Source: Candidatus Atabeyarchaeum deiterrae (lineage in GTDB: Archaea > Asgardarchaeota > Atabeyarchaeia > Atabeyarchaeales > Atabeyarchaeaceae). From it: DNA of 64,000 nucleotides. A program made the position numbers and the translations under genes. The notes under the pieces are model-generated. The model searched no databases. It saw only the letters and a list, made by a program, of their open reading frames with translations, and had not been told where the DNA came from. Position 1 is the first letter of the stretch, and every line of letters begins with the position of its first letter. This document shows positions 29,158 to 38,300 of this stretch, one piece after another. The stretch is taken from assembly GCA_037310415.1 (NCBI GenBank), contig CP147780.1, positions 992,001 to 1,056,000 on the forward strand. The letters are read 5' to 3'.

Positions 29158-29886
29158 CTAAGCTGGGGCTAGTTGCATCTTCCTAACGGCATTCATCGTC
29201 AATAGGTGGTAGTTCCGCATGAACTTCGCTCTGATGATTGCGTCGTCAATTCCACCTATGCCTGCCAGGTCTCCAATGAGGTCTCCTAGTGCGTGGTACA
29301 ACGAGTCTTCATTTGGTCCTTTTATGAAGGCTGTAACGGACTTTCCCACTTTCGACCTTAGTTCTGCGGGCAATCCAGACTCGGGATCGAATATCGCTTT
29401 AAGAGGGCCGAGACTAGCTAAATAGAGTTCAATGTCAAGTCCAGTTCCTTTTCGGGCTGGTCTTATCTCCAATCTGCCTCCATCCTCCGTCGTCACGACG
29501 ATGTCTTTGTCTATGGTCTTCTCGTCCCTTACGGCACCAGTATCAAAGACGTTCTCATTTGCTGTCAGTTCCACTAATCCTCCGCTTATAGTGCCGTCAG
29601 GTCCACCCAGCACTGCCGAGGGCTTCAGCATGAGTGAATACGCGGCCCGATGCTGGGGTCTGGAGAAGTCCCATTCTTGCTCGATCCCATCCACCAATGC
29701 ATCATGAATCCCACATATCCTCAAGGCCGCCAATGGATGTTCGACCGTGAAAGCATAGTTACCTCCGTCTCGTAGCGTAACGTTACTGTCTCCTCTCACG
29801 ACATATTTTGGGGAAGCCAAAATGTGGTTCATTACGATCCCAGTATTAGCCTCCGCTGGCAAGACATTGACGACAATGGTTTGCAC
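29158..29886 (-). CDS. LpxC-like zinc deacetylase; possible ATT start at 29913
   Basis: PAEANTGI, TVEHPLAAL..GI, HALGDLIGDL, late His in NYHLL; in-frame TLKKAV upstream of the GTG. Confidence 0.65.
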   Translation of the reverse strand: MQTIVVNVLPAEANTGIVMNHILASPKYVVRGDSNVTLRDGGNYAFTVEHPLAALRICGIHDALVDGIEQEWDFSRPQHRAAYSLMLKPSAVLGGPDGTISGGLVELTANENVFDTGAVRDEKTIDKDIVVTTEDGGRLEIRPARKGTGLDIELYLASLGPLKAIFDPESGLPAELRSKVGKSVTAFIKGPNEDSLYHALGDLIGDLAGIGGIDDAIIRAKFMRNYHLLTMNAVRKMQLAPA

Positions 29887-29919
29887 TGCTTTTTTTAAAG
29901 TATGAAGATGAATACCTTC

Positions 29920-31101
29920 TCACCTCCCCCCTGATTCTTGTCGGTCTTCTAGGGCTGCCACTTCGCACGGTATCCTAGCGAGGATCCTGGATGCCCGAAA
30001 AGCTTCTCCTACAATACCTAACTCGTTTTGCTCGTTGGTCAGAGTTAGATCTCCTGGACCAAATGCTACGACATCCTTTGCGAAACCAGTTGATTTCAAT
30101 TCCCTAGCTGAGATGGGAAAAGGTAGCCATTCAAAGATAGGATCAAACCCCGTTGACTTGAGAAATGCCTGAGACAGGGCAGCAACGATGGGGGAATGAG
30201 AATCTTCCCGGAATGGTTCTTCTTCGAATATTTCTTCGATGGATGTTTCGCACCCACTCCCCTTCGTAACTTCAACCACAACACTTGACAACTTGTCCTT
30301 AAAGTCGGTGTGCGAGAACTCTGGAGGAGTTGACGCGTAATACTCAATCTCAACAGGAATAGACTCTCCAATTATCGCGGGGTCGGTCGCCTTGATATGT
30401 GTGGGTGTCATCGTTGGATACCCGAGGAGGAATCTTGAAAGAATCAGGGGGGGCGCTTCACCCACCTCGACTGGATATATGCTGTGCTTCGGTCTCATTA
30501 TTTCATTCAAGTTCTCGCCAAATCTCATGAGTGCGTTCCAGGGGTTCTGGCCGAGCCACGGAAAAGCAGGGTGGTGTAGTTTGCCTTTAATGCATAACTT
30601 GAAGACTATGCATCCCTTCTGGACACTGCATGCTCTCAGACCTGTTGACTCCACGACAACGAGATGCGTTCCAAATATCGTGTTACCATAATCGCCTGCT
30701 GACGCTCCCTTGACAGGATCTACAGTATGTCTTTGATACTTGCGTTTCTCTGCCTCATCTCCCAAGATGACCAAGAACACGTCAGTCTGCGGGGGGCGGT
30801 CCTCAGATAATGTTTTCAAGGCAAGAGTTGCTGAAGCAATGTTGGCTGCGAGCAAACGTGAGTAAGTCTCGTTGTTGACTTGCCTATCTTCCCCTGAAGA
30901 AGATGCTACTGAGAATGTTTTCCTGGCAGTCACAAGGAAAGCCGTGGAAGGAGAGCGATCATGCCCTCTCACGACAAAATAACTCGCATTGCCGGTGCAT
31001 TTCGCTGGAATTCTCTGAATCCCCTTAAGAGATGAAAGATAGTCGTCAACCAAGAACCTGGCTTCGCCTTTCCCTAACGAATTCAAGATCTCGTGATACA
31101 A
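29920..31101 (-). CDS. M20/ArgE-DapE-like protein lacking metal ligands
   Basis: M20 dimerisation motif QKGC...KGKLHHPAFPWLGQNP, SPIVAAL, VAFGPG; HxD, DxK, EE and final His absent. Confidence 0.65.
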   Translation of the reverse strand: MYHEILNSLGKGEARFLVDDYLSSLKGIQRIPAKCTGNASYFVVRGHDRSPSTAFLVTARKTFSVASSSGEDRQVNNETYSRLLAANIASATLALKTLSEDRPPQTDVFLVILGDEAEKRKYQRHTVDPVKGASAGDYGNTIFGTHLVVVESTGLRACSVQKGCIVFKLCIKGKLHHPAFPWLGQNPWNALMRFGENLNEIMRPKHSIYPVEVGEAPPLILSRFLLGYPTMTPTHIKATDPAIIGESIPVEIEYYASTPPEFSHTDFKDKLSSVVVEVTKGSGCETSIEEIFEEEPFREDSHSPIVAALSQAFLKSTGFDPIFEWLPFPISARELKSTGFAKDVVAFGPGDLTLTNEQNELGIVGEAFRASRILARIPCEVAALEDRQESGGR

Positions 31102-31418
31102 CTTGAGGGTTTCTTCTCTGAACGTCGTATCGGCTACGTCTATTTCGACAGTGCTGATTGTTCAACACTCCCCTTCGAGCATCGTCTTCAATTAAGATGA
31201 GTGAAACCAAACTTATAACGATCGCACGGGTCTGCCACCTTGCTATTCCTCTGAATTGGGTGAATTACAAGAACAACGGGATTCAAACCACTGAGATAGA
31301 TTGAGTCGCAGGATTGTGCTCTTTGTATAGCTAAAGCTCCCCAAAAAAGTTAAATACCGCTCTACTCATCAATTATCTTCGCTTACTCGGATCAGAAAAC
31401 CTTGGTTGATGAGCTAGA

Positions 31419-31853
31419 ATGCGCAAGTCGCCTCGTGGAGAGTTCGCCGCAAAAAGGATTGTCGAGAAACGAAAGCATTTCAGGTGGCGCAGCGCCAAGT
31501 ACAAGGTTAGAGCACTGCACATCAGAGAAATGACTCCAACAGAGGGCACTCCGCAGGCATCCGGCATCGTCCTAGAAAAAGTAGGACGAGAACCCAGAAA
31601 ACCCAGCTCCGGAGTAAGAAAATGCGTAAGAGTCCAACTCATCAAAAACGGCAAAACCGTCACAGCCTTCATCCCCTACGACGGAGCCCTAGACTACATC
31701 GACGAACACGATGAAGTAATGATCGAAGGCATTGGGGGCAGAAAAGGGGGGTCAATGGGGGATTTGCCGGGCGTGAGGTATCGGGTTATTAAGGTGAATG
31801 GGATTTCGATCCAGGCCTTGTGGTTGGGCAAGAAGGAGAAGCCCATGAAGTAG
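31419..31853 (+). CDS. rps12: 30S ribosomal protein uS12 (archaeal S12/S23), divergent and not in an operon
   Basis: [47 protein letters not shown]. Confidence 0.93.
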   Translation: MRKSPRGEFAAKRIVEKRKHFRWRSAKYKVRALHIREMTPTEGTPQASGIVLEKVGREPRKPSSGVRKCVRVQLIKNGKTVTAFIPYDGALDYIDEHDEVMIEGIGGRKGGSMGDLPGVRYRVIKVNGISIQALWLGKKEKPMK

Positions 31854-31994
31854 GGTTTCCTTTCTCTCCGTGTTTCTTCTTCTGCTGCTGTTCTCTACTT
31901 TCTGTTTAGTCAGATGGTCTTGATCGTGCATATCGGTTGTCCGTTTTGATGGGTGGTCATGGCGGATGTGAGTCGTTCGTTCTCTTTTATGTTT

Positions 31995-32312
31995 TTATGG
32001 CCAAGGCTTTTTGAGGAATTCTTTTTCCTGTTCTTTGTCATCTTCTAGGTCTCTTTTTGTGACTATTTCGTAGCAGCGGTCTCCATGTATTTCTTCAATG
32101 TGATCCCCATGCCTCTCATCTATGTATGGGAATGATACTCGTATTACGTACTTGTCCTCTGCGATTGAGATTGCTTGTTTTGCTTCTTCTGGTGTCAGAC
32201 CTTCCTGAACGAGTAGTTGTTCCATCTTGTCTGCTTTACAGAATTTGCTTTTGGTCTTGGTGAATACTTGTTTTACCGTTGAAATAAGTTGGTCTTCGTT
32301 AACGGCTACCAC
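31995..32312 (-). CDS. Hypothetical protein, possible small winged helix; overlaps the LAGLIDADG gene by 14 nt
   Basis: Overlap with 32299-34980; three helices plus hairpin pattern; acidic tail. Confidence 0.6.
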   Translation of the reverse strand: MVAVNEDQLISTVKQVFTKTKSKFCKADKMEQLLVQEGLTPEEAKQAISIAEDKYVIRVSFPYIDERHGDHIEEIHGDRCYEIVTKRDLEDDKEQEKEFLKKPWP

Positions 32313-34980
32313 TCTCCATCATACTCTTGAGTTTTTCCTGTTTCCTGCTCTGTGGAAATCCGATTTCGTCGCAGAACACTCTATTATCTCGTTTCGAAGT
32401 TATTTGAAGAGCCCATGAGACGCTATAGCCATCTTCTCGCTTGTATATCTCTATTGGGTGTTTATTGACCGTTATGCCGAAATCCTCATGGAGCATTCTT
32501 GCCTCCGACTCCAAAAGTCGTGGACGCTCAGGTTGCAGTGCGTTTCGGATGTCTAGGGGTAAGTCTTTGAACATGCAATACCTCACATGTTTCTCACGGA
32601 CAACGACTTTGGGTACCTTTTCTCTCCAGTGTTCGCTCATTGCGTCGAGTCGGTTCCTCTGCCCGTCTGACAGTCCCTGGGTCACGTCTACAGCTCTCGT
32701 GAGGGTGGTTATCCCGCAGTGAGGTGAGGGTGATCCTTCGTCGCCGAAGGCTTGTTTTAGCCACTCTCGTTTCATTTCGATTGACCCGTTGCGTATGAAC
32801 GTGGGTATGTCTGGGTTTTGCAGAATGATTCTACCGGTTATTGCTCCTGATCTCTGCAGGACGTGTCCAACTATGTCTGTTGTTGCACGCACTCTCGCGA
32901 TTCTGCCGTCGGTGTATTCTCTGTCGAGTATGTTTGGCCTGCCGAATACGTTTGTTAGTGATTCTGCGATTCTGTTTCTTTGTTCTGCGTCCTTGTTTGT
33001 GTAGTCGAATCTTGGTCCTGCGCCTTTTGGTGTGTGGATTGATCCGTCTGAGAATCTTGCAGCGTGGAGTCTCGCTCCGTCGGTGGTGTTCAGTTTGAAG
33101 GGGAGGTTTGGGTTCTCAACCGCTCTGCGGTTTCCTATTGCCGTGATGTGGCTGTTCGACTCATCGAGGTCTCTGCCGAGGTATCGTAAGATCGGGATCA
33201 GTTTGTTAGCCACCATGCCGTCCATTCGTTCACTCAGTTGGTCGTTTAGATATTTGATGCAGATTTGTGTTCCTCTGTCTTTTAGCTCCTGTCGGAGTGG
33301 GGTTTTCCCTCCTGCTTTATTGATTGCAGCTTGGAGTAGTTCTTGTTTGTACTCTTTGTCAAGATATACCATTGTGGTTAGTGGTAGTGCGTACCATGGT
33401 GTTTCGTAGGGTGGGGCTGTCTTGTTTTCTTTTGGTATGCGGAGGAATTCTTCTCCTTGGTCTGTTTTGTATCTGTAGAGTTCTAAGTTTCCTATTCTTT
33501 CTTGCTCTACTGTTGTGATCTTGTAGTTTTGGTTTTCGTGGGTTATTGTGTGTCCTTCTCCTTCGAGCTTTAGTACTGTTTTGTCTTTTCGCTTTTCTCG
33601 TGGGCTTGTTCTTTCTTTGAGTGGTTCTGGTGAGAGGACTATGCTGTTTGTTTTCACTCTAAAAGTGTTGGCTTCTCCGTCTCCTCCATTTGTGAGTAGT
33701 TCTTCTGCAATTTTCTTGCTAAGGTTTATTGCTCCGTCTTCGATTCTTGCTACTACGAGTCTTTCTCCTCTTTCTGTTTGGATAACCATCTTCGCGTAGT
33801 CCCCATTTCTAACGTTGAACCCTAGTTCTCCAAGTTTGTCGTGGAGTTGTATCTTCGTCTCGCCATTGGTCGTGGCTGGTTCGACTTGGATGCTTTGCTT
33901 CCAGGGTTGGCCCTCAGGTCCCCTCACATTTAGAACATTAACATCTACTTTGTCTCCCACTTTGATGCCCATGGATTCAACGTCCGCTCTCGTGGTGTTT
34001 GCTCTTGTCCCTTTGACCGCTTTGAGCTCAGCGATGGCTTGAACCCCATTCTTCTCGAGAAGTGTCGTTATTATGTCTCTTCGGTGGAACTCCACATTTG
34101 TCATGGGGTTAAGCTTTAGGTAGTATGTCTGTTGAGCTTGGCTGTAGTCTATTGTTGCGTCGGGGTTTCGGGTACTCTCAATGAACGCATCAATGCTGTA
34201 GATTGCTCCTTTCCACTTTATGGCTATGTTTTGGCTTTCGGATGAGCGAAACTCCCTCAGTTCTTGCTCTAAGTCCTTCCCAGTCATGTGGGATAGTTGT
34301 TGTAGATCATGTAAGGCGGTGTGTTCTTTGTTGCTCTCCAGGTAGGATAGTTGGCTTTCACTGTATCCAAGCTCATCTGCAAGTTCGCGTCTGCTGAGAC
34401 CCAGTTCTGTGCGCCACTCTCTAACTAGTTCGCCTGCACCAACTACCCTAGCATCGTAAACCCTTATCTTTCCCAGCTCGGTTGCGTAGGTTGCTTGTTC
34501 CGCTTCCGCTCTGTCGGGGTTACTATGGTGCTCCTTCTTGGTCCTTGTGGAGGCGTCACCGTCACCTCGTATCTTGGTGTTGTCTTTTGTCTCCCCCTGC
34601 CCGCGCATGTCCACATTATTGGGATGTTGCTGTCGTTGCTGCTCTGATCTTTGCGGGTGTTCTCCTATTGCTTCTCTTTTCCTATCTGCGTCTTCTTCTT
34701 TTTGCTTCAGTCTGTCACCATCGGCGCTGGGATTCTCTGATTCAGTGTTAGTCGACTGGTTTCTTATCTCTGCACTTATCCTATGTCCCTCCATCTCGTC
34801 TACCTTGATCGTTGTTTCATTGCTCTCGACAGGACTATTCATTGACCTCTCATATTCTTCCAAGCACCATTCTGACAGGTAGTCCCATTCGCCATCTTCT
34901 TCGCGCGGGTTTTCCGCTTTTTCCCGTAGCTTTTCTCCCTTTTCACCAGGCAACCTCTCGCCCTCCAACAGCCTTGTCAT
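32299..34980 (-). CDS. Large free-standing protein: disordered charged N-terminus, XRE-HTH, and C-terminal two-motif LAGLIDADG (DOD-type) endonuclease domain
   Basis: VREWRTELGLSRRELADELGYSESQLSYLE; GARLHAARFSDGSI, YTNKD, KREWLKQAFGDEGS, FCDEIGFPQSRKQEKL; no intein splice residues. Confidence 0.75.
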   Translation of the reverse strand: MTRLLEGERLPGEKGEKLREKAENPREEDGEWDYLSEWCLEEYERSMNSPVESNETTIKVDEMEGHRISAEIRNQSTNTESENPSADGDRLKQKEEDADRKREAIGEHPQRSEQQRQQHPNNVDMRGQGETKDNTKIRGDGDASTRTKKEHHSNPDRAEAEQATYATELGKIRVYDARVVGAGELVREWRTELGLSRRELADELGYSESQLSYLESNKEHTALHDLQQLSHMTGKDLEQELREFRSSESQNIAIKWKGAIYSIDAFIESTRNPDATIDYSQAQQTYYLKLNPMTNVEFHRRDIITTLLEKNGVQAIAELKAVKGTRANTTRADVESMGIKVGDKVDVNVLNVRGPEGQPWKQSIQVEPATTNGETKIQLHDKLGELGFNVRNGDYAKMVIQTERGERLVVARIEDGAINLSKKIAEELLTNGGDGEANTFRVKTNSIVLSPEPLKERTSPREKRKDKTVLKLEGEGHTITHENQNYKITTVEQERIGNLELYRYKTDQGEEFLRIPKENKTAPPYETPWYALPLTTMVYLDKEYKQELLQAAINKAGGKTPLRQELKDRGTQICIKYLNDQLSERMDGMVANKLIPILRYLGRDLDESNSHITAIGNRRAVENPNLPFKLNTTDGARLHAARFSDGSIHTPKGAGPRFDYTNKDAEQRNRIAESLTNVFGRPNILDREYTDGRIARVRATTDIVGHVLQRSGAITGRIILQNPDIPTFIRNGSIEMKREWLKQAFGDEGSPSPHCGITTLTRAVDVTQGLSDGQRNRLDAMSEHWREKVPKVVVREKHVRYCMFKDLPLDIRNALQPERPRLLESEARMLHEDFGITVNKHPIEIYKREDGYSVSWALQITSKRDNRVFCDEIGFPQSRKQEKLKSMMESGSR

Positions 34981-35096
34981 TGCTGTCGGTGTGCGTCGGC
35001 AGGTAGATTGGCGCGTGTAGTTTGGCTGGCCGATTGTCTTATTGCTGGTTCTCTTTCAACAATGCTGACAAGCTCTATGTGTGCAAGTGGATTCGC

Positions 35097-35288
35097 TCAC
35101 TCGTTGTACTTATTGGTGGCTTTCTTGAAGATCTTTAATGCCAGCGTCGCCATCCTATCGGGTTCCCCTGTGTAACTTGCTGCCTCGACCACGATAAGAT
35201 CCACCAATCGCTCAACGTTCCTTGCTTTATAAGCCTTAGAAACGGCTTCACATGGGTTCTTGGTTTTCTTCTGGACCAAATCCAGCAT
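35097..35288 (-). CDS. Small hypothetical protein
   Basis: ATG ORF with AAGGT upstream, divergent from lhr; weak support. Confidence 0.35.
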   Translation of the reverse strand: MLDLVQKKTKNPCEAVSKAYKARNVERLVDLIVVEAASYTGEPDRMATLALKIFKKATNKYNE

Positions 35289-35394
35289 AGTTACCTTTTG
35301 TTGTATTCAGATTGGTTAACGCAAGATTTTTTATCCAGTCTCGACATAGCTAGATTTTTGCGACGAAGTATGCTCTCAGCGAGTGACGTAGCAG

Positions 35395-38300
35395 ATGACT
35401 ATTAGCTTCATCAAGGAGCCTCCATACTCAGAGAAAGAGACGCTCGATAGGTTGCGCCCATATGTGGCTCAATGGTTCAGAGAGACGTTTCAAGAGATGA
35501 CTCCCCCTCAGACATACGCCATTCCATTGATTCACGAGGACAGAAATACGCTTATATTCTCGCCCACCGGCTCTGGAAAGACGCTAGCTGCGTTTCTTTC
35601 AATGATTGACAAACTCTTCGCAATGGGAGAAAAAGGAGAGCTAGATGAGACCATCTATGTCCTCTATGTCAGCCCTCTGAGAGCACTAAACAATGATATC
35701 AGACGCAACTTGATGATTCCACTCGAAGGCATAAGAGAAATCTCACGCAAGGGCAATCTAGAGTTACCCCTCATCAACCTAGCTGTGAGGACTGGGGACA
35801 CACCTCAAAATGAGCGCAGCAAGATGCTTCGACATCCCCCTCACATATTGATAACAACTCCCGAGACGCTGTCGATTATACTTACTTCACCCAAATTTAG
35901 CCAGAAATTGAAGACGGTCAAATGGGTGATTGTTGACGAGATCCATGAGTTATGTGACTCAAAGAGAGGGGTTCACTTATCCTTAAGCCTTGAGAGACTG
36001 CAAAACCTCATCGGGGTTGACAAAGAGTTCGTGAGAGTAGGTTGCAGTGCGACTCAGGCTCCCGTGGAAGAAATAGCAAGGTTCCTAGTGGGATACCGTG
36101 ATGATGACTCATTCAGAGACTGCGACATTGTCGACGTTTATTCGACTAAATCCCTTGACATAAGAGTTCTGTGTCCGGTAGCAAATCTTGCGTATGCTAG
36201 CTACGACTCTGCGACTGATAGCATGTACGACCTTCTCAAGAAGCAAATCGACTCTCACAGAACAACTTTGATATTTACAAATACTAGAAGTGGAACTGAG
36301 AGAGTCTCTTTCAGGCTTAAGGAACTGTACGGAGAAGAGCATGTCGACCAACTGGCGGCTCACCACGGCAGCTTGAGCCGTGACACTAGACTCGATGTTG
36401 AGGAACGCCTGAAAAAGGGAATGTTGAAAGCCGTCGTAAGCTCAACTTCACTTGAACTCGGAATAGATATAGGATACGTTGATCTTGTCTCTCAAATTGG
36501 AAGCCCAAAGAGCGTCGCCAAAGGCCTACAGCGAATTGGGAGAGCGGGTCATGCTCTGCATGAGACATCAATTGGACGACTACTGGTCTTTGATCTAGAC
36601 GACCTTGTAGAGTGCACTGTTCTGGTCAAATCAGCTTATGAAGGCAAGATCGACAGAGTTGCAATCCCAAGGAACTGCTTGGATGTTCTATGTCAGCACA
36701 TAGTGGGCATGAGCATCCAATCTAGATGGTCCGTTGCTGACGCATACCAACTCGTCAAGCGTTCATATTGCTACCATGAACTATCATTTCAGGATTTCAT
36801 GAGCGTGGTGAAATACCTTTCCGGCGAACATGTGAGTCTCGAGGAGCGAGGAGTCTACAGGAAGATCTGGTTTGACGAGGAACAACAAGTCTTCGGGCGG
36901 AAGAGAGGCGCCCGAATGATATACTTCTTGAATGTGGGAACTATTCCAGAAGAAGCTAATTATAGAGTTCTCCTTGAGGAATACAGGAATCCGCTAGGTC
37001 AGCTGTCTGAGAGCTTTGTTGAACGACTCCAACCCGGCGACATTTTCGTTCTCGGCGGCAGGGCGTATGAGTTCAAAAGGACAAGCGGAATGAAAGTTTA
37101 TGTTGGACCAGCCTTCGGTAGACGTCCAACTGTTCCGTCATGGAGTGGCGAGATGCTTCCAAGAAGCTTCGACTTGTCATGCGAAATCGGCAAATTCCGC
37201 CAGGAACTATCAGACAGAATAAGGAAGGAAGGGCTAGATGTTGCTCGAAGATGGCTTCTGGAGGAGTACAAAGTAGATGAGAGATCAGCCGAGAGCATTC
37301 TGGTTTATTTCAGAAATCAACTTGCGATCACTGGAACTGTGCCAACCGATAAGAGGATCATAATTGAAGGATACATCGACAAAAAAGGTCGGCTCAATAT
37401 AGTCTTCCATAGCGTGTATGGCCGACGGGTGAATGATGCTTTAAGCAGAGTATATGCCTATGCTGTAAGCAAGCTCGCAAGAGCTAACGTGGCTACCGCA
37501 ATTCTCGATGATGGATTTGTGATAACCCTCCCAGCTGGGCGCATGATTGATCTAGCAGGAATCCCTCCACTTGTGACACCTGATAATGTCGGGGTATACA
37601 TACGCAAAGCGATCAGAAGAACTGAACTCTTCAAGCAGAGATTCCGCCACTGTGCAGTCAGAAGCTTCATGGTTCTGAAAATGTACAAAGGGTGGGAAAT
37701 CTCTGTCAGTAGACAGCAAACAAGAGCCGTGAAGGTTCTTGACTTGTTGGAAGGGACGGATGACTTTCCGGTGGTGAAGGAGACCTACAGAGAGATACTT
37801 GAGGACGTAATGGACCTACCGAACGCCACGAGCATTGTCAAGGGAATATATGACGGTGAGATAGATATCCGAGTTCTTCCCCTTACTGATGTTCCATCCC
37901 CATTCTCCCATAGCTTGATCCTTGTGGGCGCGGAAGACGTTGTCCTGATGGAGGATCGCGGAGCGCTCCTTAGGGAGTTGCACCGCCAGGTTCTCGCGCG
38001 AGTTGTCGGTGAAGCGGGTGAGGCGCTATTCTCAGAAGAGATAGTCCAAACTCTGTATAATCAGAGGCAGCATGTTACTCCCGAGAGCCACGGGAAAGTT
38101 AAAGAAGATATTCCAAGAATACTTCACGATATAGGACCATCCGAACTCTTCCGAGACACCTACCCAACAATCCTAAACAGAATGGTTGTCGACCCTGACA
38201 CTACTAGGAACTGGGCAAGAGAGCTTGTTGCCGACAGACAGCTGATTATAATTCGAACAGCGAAAGGAGAACTGGATGGCGTCACAATAGACGACTTCCC

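Noticed and set aside
32299-34980. Intein, intron or diversity-generating retroelement explanation for the LAGLIDADG locus and the skew
   Set aside because: No Hint splice residues, rps12 is uninterrupted, and I saw no reverse transcriptase or template/variable repeat pair
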